A stretch of DNA of 64,000 nt from NCBI GenBank assembly GCA_002633005.1, contig NMRA01000012.1, forward strand, positions 1,418,357 to 1,482,356, in the 5' to 3' direction. How positions within the stretch are numbered: position 1 is the stretch's first letter; every line of letters starts with the position of its first letter. Shown here one piece after another: positions 23,010 to 36,059 of the stretch. Source of the DNA: Phoronis australis (lineage: Eukaryota; Animalia; Phoronida). The position numbers were made by a program, and so were the translations under genes. Under the pieces are notes generated by a model, which saw only the letters and a program-made list of their open reading frames with translations, made no database searches and was not told where the DNA came from.

Positions 23010-25555
23010 TACTGGGTAGGCAACACATAGCCCCTCGGTTGGCCGGTTAGGGACTACAATACTTCCCATCGGTTTCTGTGCGCATTTCGTTCCATTTATT
23101 TTAAACGGGCGGTAGGCCAAATCCGGCCACCGATTTTTAGTTTTCACCTCGTCAAAAATACATTCCACACTTAAAACTATCACTTAAAAAAGAGCTTACT
23201 TTCTTCATTGGTCCTTTCTACTTCTATGAATATCTTCGATGAAGCTTAGTTGTGAGAATTAAGGTGATTTTGGCGAAGAATTCCAACTCCACGTTTTTGG
23301 TTGCCATTTCTTTTTCACCACACGCGCGATAACCACAAAGTATTTCAACTGAGTCACGTGAGTTAGAGAAAGGCTAGCGCGAGACTGAGCGAAGCGCGTG
23401 ACACTAGCACATGACACTTGCAAAATAGCATGAGAAGGTAACAGGTGAAATTTGTAAGATTTGTGTCTCTTGGACTTCTTATTCGTTAACATGCATGATA
23501 TCACGTAACTTCCTCAAAATGGCACCCGCTAAGAGAAACTCGAGCAAACCGCGACAGATTTTCATCGATTTGTTCAAGTTATCTTGACTGAATCGTCTCC
23601 AGACCTATGGTATGTGTTGTTTATAACTCCAAGTGCATGTATGCATATTTCATTTGATTTTATTTCCTGTATTTTGAAATTCATAACTTTTTGTGGGGAT
23701 ATACTATCGCCCCTGTATGCCTGCGTCATCCAGGGCGATGTAAATGCATAGGTACTGGGTAGGAGCTACATTACTCACCGTCGCTTTCTGTAGGCCTACC
23801 AATTTTGTCCCATGTATTTTGCACGAGGGGGTAGGCGAAATTCGCTCAAATGACGAAGAGGTTTTCATATCGTCAAAAATGCATTTTGGGCTAAAATTTT
23901 CACTTAAAAAAGCGCTCAATTTCTTCAGCGATCCTTTCTCGTTCTGCATATATCTTCCATGAAGCATGTTTATAGGAAGTAAGATGACTGGCGAAGAATT
24001 CGAACTCCACCTTTTAGTCACCGTTAAAGGCGAAGGCAACCTTTTTTCATGTCACTTTTAGCAAAAATAAGGTTCGTTGATTATCCCAGACACATTTTTC
24101 ACTTAATTACAGCTTTTCGTAATTTGATTAATTTCTCGTCCTCTACTCCGGAAGTGACGTTTTGGGAGGCAAGAGTTTCGCACCAATTTCTTTTCATTAT
24201 AGTCTGACTGTGAGAGCTGTCGAGTCAGTCATTGTTCTACCTCGGTTGTGATAAGTTCGGCCGTCGTTTGCTTTTGCTTACAAGTCAGTCAACATGCCAC
24301 GCTGTTGCTGCGTGCCGGGATGTACTCATTATCGTCTCACACTCGCTTTGGGTACCTTGCGTTGTCACTTCGCCGTACTTGACTAGCTCGTTCATGTGAA
24401 GAACGCAGCGCTACCCGTCCACGCAAAGTACAAAGCAGTGGAGGGTTACCAAGTGTGTGGCAAGCATTTTCTGCAGTCAGATTATGACAGAGATATGTAC
24501 GCTGAATTGATGAAGGTCCCTGCGAAACAACGCCTGAAGAAGGGTACCATACCGTCGCTGTTGATTCCCGGCAGTGCCCCGTCGCCAACCCCGAGAAGTG
24601 CGTGTTTGAAGCGAGAAGCCTCGCGAGCTGTGGCCCCTATATACAGTGACTGAAGGCACTTCTAATCATCTACTGTCACCCGTGCTTCCGAACGTACCCC
24701 ATTGCGTGCAATTCCGGGAACTAGCAGTGATTCGCCCTGTGTTGTTGTCTCTAGCCCCGGCAGAGCCTGTAAGCAGCCCTGCAGCGATGTTGAGTAGTGG
24801 GAGTGAATACAGGCCCAGTTCGACACCCAGTGAAGAGAACAGTTCGTCATCCAATGAACAGATCGATGAGCCTAAGTTTGATAAGTTAATTGTGGACTTG
24901 TATTGGAGCTTTTTGGAAGGTGCCAGGTGTGTGACGAGGGAGTCACACGGCGGGATGTAAGCTGTCTGGGTGCTCAGATCACCCTCCAGTGGGAGTGTGT
25001 CGCGGGACACTCGGGCAAGTGGGAAAGTTCTTTCTCTGAACGTGAGACGATAATGAGTACACCCCAGTACGCAGCAACAGCGTGGCATGTTGACTGACTC
25101 GTAAGCAAAAGCAAACGACGACCGAACTTATCACAACCGAGGTAAAACAATGACCGACTCGACAGCTCTCACAGTCAGACTATATAAAAAGAAATTGGCG
25201 CGAAATTCTTGCCTCCCAAAACGTCACTTCCGGAGTAGACGACCAGTAATTAATTAAATTACGAAATGCAGTAAATAAGTGAAAAATATGCCTGGGATAA
25301 CCAACGAACCTTATTTTTGCTAAGCATGACATGAAAAAAGGTTGCCTTCGCCTTTTTTATAGAGCGCGATAACCACAAACTATTTCAATTGACGTTACGT
25401 GAGTTAGGCAAGGATAAGCGCGAGACTGAGTGAAGCGCGAGACCTGGCGCGTGACACTTGCAAAAATAGCATGGGTGATATCAGACGGAATTTGTAAGAT
25501 TCGTGTCCCTTGGACTTTTTGTTCGTCAACAGGCGTGATTTCACGTAACTTCCTC
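23010..25555 (+). repeat. Tandem direct duplication of a ~500-bp unit (23010-23515 and 23755-25555), second copy split by the Kolobok element
   Basis: Shared CTGGGTAGG, TCGTCAAAAAT, CACTTAAAAAAG, GGCGAAGAATTC.AACTCCAC, GCGCGATAACCACAAA and TCACGTAACTTCCTC. Confidence 0.7.
24028..25353 (+). mobile_element. Internally deleted Kolobok-type DNA transposon with THAP domain and zinc-ribbon remnant
   Basis: TTAA|AGGCGAAGGCAACC ... GGTTGCCTTCGCCT (right TSD degenerate), with about 310-bp inverted arms. THAP signature MPRCCCVPGC ... VCGKHF ... RLKKGTIPS, then CQVC...WECVAGH..KWESS. Confidence 0.85.
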
Positions 25556-26404
25556 GGCATTCAGGGCAATGTAATTACCTAACCTACCCCCTAATGACTG
25601 ATGTTTTTGAGAGTTCGATTTTAAGCTGAATTGTTTGCCTAGGGGTTCAACGTTCATTCATTCAGTATGGTTTTAAGTTGCACTTGTAAACACACACACT
25701 CAGCAGCGGGAAATTTGGTGAGGTGGGGTGTTTGTGTGATTAACGTCGAATAGATTTCGATAGGTTTCAATAATTGCATTCAAAAGTGATGAAACATTTA
25801 ACATTGAAAAAATAATAATAATAAAATTACAGTCTTATTTGTTTTAACTTATATTTTTCCTTCTGTAGACTTTGTGTTTCATACTTGCCTTTGAGGAAAA
25901 GTGAATGGGATTTTCAACATGCATTACACACCTGCAAGTCGGGTATGTGTTATGAATTCTAACTTAGTATGCCTTTTTTCAGTAAGTGGAATTGTCTAAG
26001 GGAAACAACGCAGAGGTCCCAAAGCAAGAGTGTCCGCACACTGGAAAACTTTGGTTGATGGTGACACAGTGAACTACTTAACACGAGATGAAGAACAAAC
26101 AAGGATTATAAAATACGTGGATGTTTTTATGCGAGAAATAGCTAAAGAAGACTTAGGACTGATACAATGCGAGGACATAATGCCAGGTACAAACGTCAGT
26201 TCACAGTTCTTGTCACATTGGGTTAATTGCCGCATCCCCTGCAATAGTCCTATATAGGCTAACATGCAAAATTCTGAGAATCAGTTTTATGTAGTTTGTT
26301 CAGTGGAGAAAACTGGTTCACAAAATGTATGCACGATATATACCACTGCCGGTTGCGGCAGTAACTTGGTGTTTGCTTGGTGTTAATTTTGAGCTGTGCT
26401 ATAG

Positions 26405-29244
26405 CACCCCGGCCAACCCGCGATCGAGAACGCCCGGAAGGCGATCGAGAACGAGACCTTGCACCAAAAATGGCAGACGACATTCGCGTACCCGGTGAGT
26501 TTAAGTGTCATTTTCTACTTAAGTAGAGGCACTTTGGTACAAATGTTACACACAGAAAAGCGTCAGGGTGTAACCTTTGTTGTGGATCTGAAAAAATACT
26601 TGGCTTTTGCTTATTTTTCAAAATAAAGAGCTCAGAAAGCAATGGCTTTCGGTAAAAAGCCTTGCACCTCGTAAAATCGACAATTTCTACCTGTTATTAG
26701 TAATTCCAGGGTTCTTAAGAAGAGACGTGTGACGTTTATAGTTTAATCGTCCCTGGTGACACCTTTGTTAGTTATGATTTGTGAAACAATTTGAGATATT
26801 TACCAATACAAGCAGGTCCTTGTGTGAGACGGCGATCGGGAACGATGTCGTTAATTCTCTATGGCGATCGTGAACGCAAACAAGGCGATCGTGAACGTAC
26901 ATTTTTTCTCTGCATTGGCCTGAATAGTCGTTCAAGTTACGGTACTATGTCAATATTTTTAGAATAATACGGAGCCTGAATTAGTTGATGGGTTAATTGT
27001 TAATTACATTTCATCATTATTTCTAAGTGATATTTAGTTTAACAAACATAACTGAATGCGCTTGATTTTTTTCAGTTGAACTCATAGTGTAGCCACACGA
27101 TGAGTCCTTCAGGGTGTTAACGTCCACGCCTTCAAAAAAGAGTAGTACAACTGTTGCATGTCACAACAGAGTGTGGACTTAGTATGACCACATGGCAATA
27201 AAATACAGTGACACTACAACAAAGCAAGACCTTTACCAGCCCTGTGATTGACGCGTTGCATGCGTCAAGAGTTTTTTTACCAATATAGTAAAACACAGCA
27301 CGAAGCAAGTCGATTCAGTGTCCTATATGTGATCAACGTTTCGTGAAAAGAGTAAGCCTGATGCGACACTGCGTCACAGCACGAGGACACTCATTTTTGT
27401 GGTGAATGTGACATGTCATGCAAACAGCATGCCTCCTTCTACAGGCATAGCAAGCAGAAACGTCATGAATGAAATCACTAAGTCCAGTGCTGAAGGTTAT
27501 TAAGTCACTATAATTTATTCAGATTTACAAAGTGGTTGGTAGTTGTCTGAGGTGATAGTATTTTGACGTTATGTTTTGAACCTTTTCCCTCAAGTGTCTT
27601 TCTATATTTGGGTTATTTCAAAAGGATCTTGAACAGAACCAGTACATTTTTGTAGTGTTTAGGAAGATTTAAATGGCCATATTAAGTGTCAATGGGCAAT
27701 ACTTACATACAATTGTTCTGACCAATGAAAATTTTTGTCTATGATTATTGTAGAAATTGCTTTCATATTGTAGTTGATTTCCTGTGAGAGACTGTTATAC
27801 TAATATCAATCAGTCCTAAATACATTGTCTATGATTCAGTGATGATTTAGTCATTCCAAAAGTAATTCGTTGGAAATGTTCAATGGATTTGTTTTGTTGA
27901 TTTCCCTATAAATAAATTTATATATTTTTGTAAGACCAATTTTGAGGTATGTGTGTTAAAAGATTAATATTATAATAGAAATGCTATAATATTGTTGGTT
28001 TCCTGGGTAAATCACTACAGTGTGTAGTTGAAGTGACGTAAATGACAACATGTTGACTATGTTTTGAGTAATCTGTTCATCTCTGTATCGATGTTATCAG
28101 TAAAACATCAAGTAAAATCCCACCCGTTTTATCAGCACACCAATTTACACAACTTCTGGCCAATTTTTTGATCCCAGACGTTTATGAGTGAGAATCTTTG
28201 AATCATCTCGTGAAGTGTTGCTGCACCTCCCTCTCTCCCCATGGGCAAGCTCATCATCATTCTTTGACTTCACTGGCTATTTGTTTTTTTTCCTTTTGCT
28301 GTCACAATTTTACAAGGAGATTCTACACTCGCTTTCGTCTCGGTGCTGCAACAATTTGTTTACCCATGGCTGACAGGCCACATGGAACAACTCCTGGGTG
28401 AGTCTTCAGTTTAGAAACCCTTATTCTCAGTGGTTTAGTCTAAAAGTAGATGCCTGGCCTGTACGTTTCAAAACCCTGGTCAGGTGTACGTTCACGTCGT
28501 GGGTAACATGTTCGTTGAAGCTCGCCAGTGAACTTGTTTCCTATAATGAGAATAAATTCGTTTGTGAAACTAAATTTGAATTATGCTTGATGTACATGTA
28601 GTGCTCATGACAATTTAATGGAAATATGCTATGTTGTTGTTCAGTTTTGATACGAAAGTAACACAGTAACGACACAAAATGTGATTAAATCATTGCACCA
28701 CACTTATTTTGTAAGTCTTTTTCATGTTTTATAAGTAAAAAGTTAATTATTGTTAGACACTCCACAATGCGTTCCCGATCGTATAAACAAACACAAATTT
28801 GCGTTCCTGATCGCTTATCGTTACGTTTTCGATCGCATCTTTCAACAGAAAATCGTTGAAAAATCAGAGATCCTGACAAAACTACAAAAAACAGGCGTTG
28901 CGTTATATTTTCACACCTCATTTCTTCATAACTCCATGGTCAATTTATTGATTTAGTGCCAAAAATAACGGCAATTTGCCAAAATGCCACTCAAATCACC
29001 TTCGGATTAAGCGATGCCTCGGTCAACGTAACTTTTCTCCTATAATTGGGAGAGTAACTAGCCTAAACCTCTACGTGCCCTTCCTAAATGTGTTACGCCT
29101 TGAAGTCATATCTCTGTTTTCACATTGGAAGTAAAAAAAACGAAAATTTATCAAATTTACTCACCTTGCCTGGCTTCTCTTCTCGCGCCAAATTTCGTTC
29201 TCGATCGCTTTCTGGTCGTTCTCGATCGCGGGTTGACCGGGGTG
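26405..29244 (+). mobile_element. DNA transposon with CAC...GTG termini, perfect 5-bp TSD (TATAG) and a decayed C2H2 zinc-finger gene
   Basis: TATAG|CACCCCGGCCAACCCGCGATCGAGAACG ... CGTTCTCGATCGCGGGTTGACCGGGGTG|TATAG. Fingers CPICDQRFVKRVSLMRH and CGECDMSCKQHASFYRH lie at about 27315-27465. Confidence 0.85.
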
Positions 29245-29663
29245 TATAGAGAAGTGGTATATGAACATCAGAGCTCGACATAACGAGCTGCAGGTCGCAT
29301 TTGAGACCTGAAATTTGGAAATGCGAGTTGAGGTTTTGGCCAGCTCGTATTAAGTCGCAAAATGCGACCTGAAATTTTCAACGTTGCCGACAATTTGGTC
29401 CTCGAATCTGGTCAACAGAGTCTCAAGGTCTGCATTATCTTCAGCAGGGGCAAGATCCAACCCATTATAGAGTGTACCCCAATGGGGCCAGTAGTGTTAA
29501 AAAAAACAGCCTTTGGCTGTAACTGTTTATCTGTAGACACCAGGTCAGTAATAATGAAGTAGTTCTCAAACATTGCAGAACGGAAAAGATTCTAATTTGA
29601 TACTAGCATCGCCATCTATTGACTAGCGATAAAACTAAGCAATATTGAAATAGTGGGTTTAAC

Positions 29664-30544
29664 AAATGATGAAAACTAAACCCTAAAGTGCGAGACCACG
29701 AGCCATGTGAAAGGCACCTTCGCTGCCTCGAAAAGTGGAAAACACGGTTAGCAATCGCTTTAAAGTAAAATCAGGCAATCGACAACGAATCGGTCACAGT
29801 CTTAGTGCTCGGCAAGGCAAAGCAAAAATCAGTGCTCAGTGTATAGCGGTAAAATTAGAGGTAAGTAGGCGCTTAATACCTCGTGAGATATATATTGCAG
29901 AGGCTATTTATTGATATAACTTTGTTTGTCACTGCCGGCGAAGCAAAAATTTCCTTTCCGAGACTACCATGAGTACGACCTGTCATCGTACGTGGGCAAT
30001 TTTCTTAGAGCTTATAACAATGTTATCTTAGTATGACCACTTCTTGAAAGAGCATTTGGCAAGGTTGGAGCAGTCTGTGGCCGTGAGATGTGCGCCTCAT
30101 CTGTCTCCTAGGATACAGAACGAATTTATTCTTGTGCTGCCCGATCATGTTTAGTCGGAGAAATACTAAACGAAATTAAATCAGCCAAATACTATAGAAA
30201 TGGGAATGACGTTTGACAGAACACCTGGCGAATCCCACTCAGGTCAATGTATCAGAAATCATCATCTGCGTGGAACCTGACGTGTGCAGTGTAGAACTAA
30301 AGATGCATTCTTGGGATTCGTGGCGAATGGAAGTTTCATGAGTCACTCTCAACCTTAGGATAGCCTTTCAGTTGTTTCTGACAATTTATGTACCTGTGAC
30401 ACTCCGTGAAAGAAACTTTTCTAAGCTAAAGCTCATTTAAACGTATTATTTTGAAATCTGCAATGGTGTAAACAACGGTTATTAGACCTGACAGTACTTG
30501 CAGTTGACGAGTTGTCCCGAGACAAATAGATTTTGACACTGCCT
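29664..30544 (+). mobile_element. Paralogous hAT transposase remnant (uninterrupted version)
   Basis: GNFLELITMLS*YDHFLKEHL..LSPRIQNEFI..ILNEIKSAKYY..FDRTPGESH..DAFLGF. Confidence 0.7.
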
Positions 30545-30548
30545 TTAA

Positions 30549-33500
30549 AGGAGAATGCCACCCAAAAACAACCTAGTTTGTATCAATTTAGATCGAGTAG
30601 TTCCACTCCATAAAGCAAGTACAGCTCTTTTACCAGACACCTGACGGCAGACGGAGGTGTTGAAATTAACCAATGACGTTCGAATGCTGCCTGTTTAACA
30701 GTTCACAGCACGCTTACTGGTGTCAGCTTATCACTTGAATTCATCGTTTTACACTAATAACTCATCAAAATTCGATATAAAACCTGTATTGAATTATTAA
30801 ACACACGTGTCATTTTATTTCGCTGTTACGGATTTTTAGGCATTTGAACGTACCGCACCCTACAATGTTCGGTAGGCCAATTTACCAAGGTAGGTCGCGA
30901 GAGTTTGAGGTCTGTTTGGTTATTAATTCAAGATTTTCGTCAGTGAAATACAGACAGGAGAACATAGCTGTGTGTTGTGATTTTAGACTTGCGATTTTTT
31001 TCAATTCTAAACATACAAAACGCTTGCTATCACGGCCAGTGGCTCGGAACCCGACCACGCCCATCGGCAGCCGAACTGAAGACATTACGAACATAAACCA
31101 GCCAAAGTTGGAAACTAAACTTCCAGTCACGAAAAAACTATACTAGTGAGCCAAAGAAAAATGTTAACGTGATTATTTTGGTGAATTAGCTGCGAAACTG
31201 CAAATCCATTTATTAGCTCGTCGGGAGCCGCGAAGATAAGTTACCTTCCACAAAACCGTCAGGGCAAAAGTTGTACAGTAACAATGATTCGAATAATGCA
31301 TATAAATATCCAAATAAAGATTCCCCTAACATCTGACCATGGGATATAAAATCGAGTTATTGTTTCACAACAGCTTTCTGTCAGCAAACACTGAATTAGA
31401 ATTTGCTCACACGGCCTCGGTGCCCGGTCAGTCAGTTTATTGCATCTAAAGCAGCTGCTGGTAACGCAGTGTATTATTCATAGACCCTATTCACGCGGCG
31501 GCCATTAAGATCCAAAGCGAGGCTCACTGCGATAAACAAGGCGAAAGCAGACATTGCGTGAGTTAAATAGCCGGTCTTTCGAGTCCAACCTGGATATTAG
31601 ATTTTAATGATGTGTCGACAATTAACCACAGAGACGTAGAAAATTACATTAGAGAACAAGTTAAGGCGCCAAAGAGTTGTCTGACGAAAGGGTTAATTTT
31701 TTTCGGAAAACTAGGTTCGAAACATGAAAAGTAAATATGACCAAATTGCGGCGATCGTAGTGTTACGGATTAGGTATTATGCTGAATGCAGGGTTACGTT
31801 TTTTTCTTGTAAATTGTTGATCAAAATACTTTCTACGCGGACCAGGTCATCTGCTCGTATTGTTGACGAGTTGAAGACATATTCGACAGTGGTGTCTGTC
31901 ATGTGCACGGCAATTAGTCACATCTGGTTTTATTTGTTGATCAAGAATATTAACATCAAGCATAGCCCGACCCTGTGCACTCACTGGGACTAACAGTTGA
32001 TTTGTCATTGGTCTGAAAGAATAATTGATGTTATTAAATATATTTTCATTAAAATAAAAAACCAGGCTCGTAATTGAAAATAAAAATTATTTGACCATCA
32101 ATGCTTTCTTGGTTGTGAATTCTCACGTCTATTTCATGTGTTAGATTTCAATATCAATCTGGACCAAGTTGAATTTTAAAATTAAAACACCTAATTCGTT
32201 CGTCCAAAACATAACATCGTTTTAGAACTCAATTTCAGTTAACTGGACAATGCAATCATAGTTATCATGTTTCTGCAGAAGCCTCTTTCATCCGAGGGGA
32301 ACGGTTCCAGTGCCTACTAAGAGGCGATTTTTCGCCGAGTGAGGGCGGGAACAATCTACCTCCCGATCACCATCAATAGGACCCCCGCCCTGTTGCAAGC
32401 TCTCATAGGCTCTGCCTCAATTTAAAGTAGCCTTTTGTGCTCTTAAAAATTGTCACCTGTGTACGGTTACAGGTGATGCGATTTTTCACTAGGGGAATTT
32501 TTATGCCTCGTGGGGGGAATTTCGCGTGATATTTCAATATGTTTGAGAGGGGAATAGGGCCGATATTGGGCCTCAAATTTGAGGGATTGAGGGCCCAGTC
32601 CTTTTTGGAAAAAAAAATAATGTTTCAACCCGTAGCAGGGGCGGATCCAGGTTTTTCAGTTGGGGGGGGGCGGGGCACAGGAATAAGCAACATTTCGGCA
32701 GATGCGCGCGCCCAGCCTAAACTCTGGGGATGCAGGGGTCTTGAATTCTTGGGTTTGCGGACCTGTTGACTAAAAAAAACGGTAAACGGGGTTCATTCAG
32801 GGCCTATGCGTTGTTTAATTATTCACCCCCCCCCAAGACCCGCCCTGGTTGCGCACGTGTGCTAGTCAGCAATTCGCACTCGAACTCAAAAATGGGATCT
32901 GATACAATTTTAGGGGCATACCCCCCCTCTCCACCCCTAAATCCGTAGTCATGAAAACACAGCCTGGCTGGCCCATTCTCCGGTCGTTACTATGATGCTT
33001 AACAACTGACTGACATGCGACAAAATATGATCGAAACATTTATAAATTTTACACGAACATATTTTGCTTCGTCGCGGCAACGACCCAACGCTTCTGAATC
33101 TCAACGTCTTTAGAGATTGTGAAGCAGACAGTTGCGTGTCCGTATTTTTGCTAGCCGTTCGCGGAACAACTCGGTTTGAAACACAGAACTATGCCGATAA
33201 GCTAACAGAGCTATCGTAGCGAGCCTCGTTTTGGAATGCGCCTCCTGTCGGCGTGAATAGGGTCTATAGCTGGCTTCTCAAAACATTTGCACTAAAGAAC
33301 ACTCTAAATTGTATCTAATGAGACAGACAATGTTTCAGTTTTATATAAGCATTGGTTAGGGTGAAACAGAACGCACAATAATAAACATCAACGTCACTGT
33401 GGCAATTTGCAATCATCCCGACTTACGAGTGCTCACCCGGCGAAGACTTCACAGGTCGATCGTTAGGTTTCACAGGCTATCAGTTCGAACCGGAATACAC

Positions 33501-34299
33501 TAATAAAGAAATAATAGAGAGGCTACGTGAACGTTCATAGACAATGCAACTTATGGATAGTTCCGAAAACCGTTTGAATGACTTGTCATGGTGTCAGTGA
33601 GCTAACTGCACTATAACGGAAACGCTTCTGACGCTTGCGTTTGCTGCAACGAAATTCCGCAAGTAAAACGCCTTCTTGGAAAAGCTCAGATGTGTTTCAC
33701 GGATCATCCTGATTTTGCACCGCATCTAAACAGAGGTGTGCTTATGACGTTTTTAGAGTTGAGAACAAGAACTGGCAAAAACACCCTACACCCAGAAGAC
33801 CAAACAGAAGCCTCACGAATGAGTCAGTCATCAAACAGGTTATACAAAACCTCTTGAATTAATTTAATTGTTTATGTTTTCATGGCGAACTACAATTTTC
33901 CATTATTAAAAACTGATCAACAACCGATCCGACGAAATGCAGGCCACTGACAGATACTCAGAAGTTTCGCTGGCCTCATACTTAATATTAACGGCGTATC
34001 TTTCATTCTTCACTCCCGCGAGCCACTTCCGAAGCATTATGACTACCCGAGGAAATCGAAAAAGCGATTTACCCGCTTTCCTCGGAGCTTCAAATTTTGC
34101 ACAAGCGGGAACGATACACCACACCATAGCAGCACTCATTCTGCAGAAGAACCACTGACGTCACTGCGTCTTTTCTCACCTTCCTCGCAGGTTAACGCGA
34201 TACCTCTCGGCGAGGCATGATCGACCGTATACGCGGTGATGTGGATATAGACCGATTAAGACGATAAAAAAGATTAATTAAATCAGGTGGCAAACTCCT
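30549..34299 (-). mobile_element. Kolobok-type DNA transposon (TTAA TSD) with THAP remnant on - and P2X7-ballast-like (KolX) remnant on +
   Basis: TTAA|AGGAGAATGCCACC ... GGTGGCAAACTCCT|TTAA, with an empty site at 13401-13410 (CCTTTAACAA). THAP MVWCIVPAC..SLFRFP..LRKWL at 33906-34139 (-). RLNDLSWCQ*ANC..CVCCNEI..CFTDHPDF..LNRGVL at about 33544-33760 (+). Confidence 0.85.
31482..33265 (+). mobile_element. TIR element with AT TSD (ISL2EU/PHIS-like), nested in the Kolobok element
   Basis: AT|AGACCCTATTCACGC ... GCGTGAATAGGGTCT|AT. A faint SWIM-like remnant lies near 31890-31930. The superfamily call is an inference. Confidence 0.65.
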
Positions 34300-34516
34300 T
34301 TAACAAATTCGCGTTTCAGAAAATTGGTAAATCGCCGTTTGTGTGAAAAGCTAGCCTGGCGTATTAGCAAGAACTTTGAGGGGCGAGCAATTTGAATACC
34401 GTCATTTTCTGCATAAAGATCCATGTTTAGACAAGCCTAGTGAGCGTACACAAGGAATTTTTCCTCAGACATACCTAGTGCATTTATTTGGAAAAATTCA
34501 TGCTTGAATCCTGAAA

Positions 34517-34664
34517 CATGGGCGGCGCAGCACTGAAGAAAGTGGGTGGGGGAGCTAAAACCTCCCAGCCCCCTGTAGTACACCACCTACAGACCATGGG
34601 CTGCGCAGCACTGAAAAAAGTTGGGGAGCTATATTCCCCAGTCCCCTATGGTGCGCCGCCCATG
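34517..34664. mobile_element. MITE with 5-bp TSD (TGAAA), hAT5-like
   Basis: TGAAA|CATGGGCGGCGCA ... TGCGCCGCCCATG|TGAAA. Empty site near 13610 (CGTGAAACCG). Confidence 0.8.
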
Positions 34665-36059
34665 TGAAACCGTCATTAGAAATGAACACCAAACTCGTAA
34701 ATGAAGTAAATTTTTAGCAAAAGACGTCTACTTGGGTGGCGACAATTATACGTCGGCAATGTTCTGTATTAACTCCCATAGTGAGCAAAATGTCCCGGGA
34801 ATTTTTCAATTGCTCACCGGCTACGTTGATACACCCGAGCGTAGGCTACACTAGTCGCTTCCAAATATAATCCCGGGCGTTTATTTGGATTTGACTTTTG
34901 GTCGGTGAAGGGATTTTCAAAATGTGTGACCTGGACCTTTAGGTAGAAAACTCTGTCATACAACTTTGGCTTATTTGTGTTCATGTGCATGTTTGTACGT
35001 TCCTGGTGTGTGTAGGCTCCAGGGCTTACTTGAGTGTTGCTATAGTGCATATAGAGCCCTGCACATGTACACGCAGTTTTTCCAGTATAAACCACGATAA
35101 ATTCTGCATTCTGTGTTTCACGTCATATCACTATCAGAATTCTTAAAACAAGCTGGGGCTATAAACTATGATGGGGCGGATTGGGTGGGTGAGGGGTGTT
35201 ACCTAGAATCTTCGGCCCAGCTGTCGCCCAAGATAGGTACCTCACTGTTGCGCTCACATTTGTTACGGCCACCCAACCTCTTTCCCAGTTAAGTTGAAAC
35301 CTTCCTACGCCTTTAGGATATCCGGTGAAGTTGACAGGATTCTCAAATTTTACCACACTATTCCTGTCACAGCTAGGCTACCTCTTGACAACTAAGAAGG
35401 GATCATCCGCAGAGCAAAAGAGCAAAAAGTTAGATGGTCGAAATCCCGTGGACTCATCACCATATGGCATAGTCTTCAGGGCTTATTATATCATGATTTA
35501 TACATACTCCCCTACCGCGGAATGTCTCGGTAATTGATTTTCATTTGACGTTAATCTGGTAGTGAATAACCCGAGATTGGGACCTGATATATACTTATGT
35601 AGCATCAAAACAGCCCAGGCAGTTCTTAGTATTTTGTTGATATGGATTCCACTCATATTCTTCTGTTGATATGCGATGCGTGCAGACTGTCCTCCCATTG
35701 AAAGGAAACACATGACAGCGATTGCTAAAGGACCACTTTGATGAGCCTGTTTGGTAGTGCCGGTATTCATTATTCATCTTAAAACCCTTCGATAACAACT
35801 CTTCGTTGGACAACGGAAATCCTGCAGTTGTCCGAAAAATCATGCAATACCCCGGTATGACAGACATGGCGATAGGTTTGAGAATCGTCATCCAGATAAT
35901 AAACACCTTATTAGCAGTCAACCGTCCGTCTTCTAGATTTTGTTACCACTTTTGTACCTATCAGATTCAATTTTGAATCTCTAGAACAAGACATGAATTG
36001 AATTTATTTGAGTTTTATCACAAGTTACAGTGCTGTTGTTTTAGTGGAATGCAGTTATT

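Noticed and set aside
28330-28400. Minus-strand ELFHVAC as a RAG2-like PHD finger in the CAC..GTG element
   Set aside because: The upstream CxxC ligands are missing, the frame has stops and no kelch repeats are visible, so a ProtoRAG call is unsupported.
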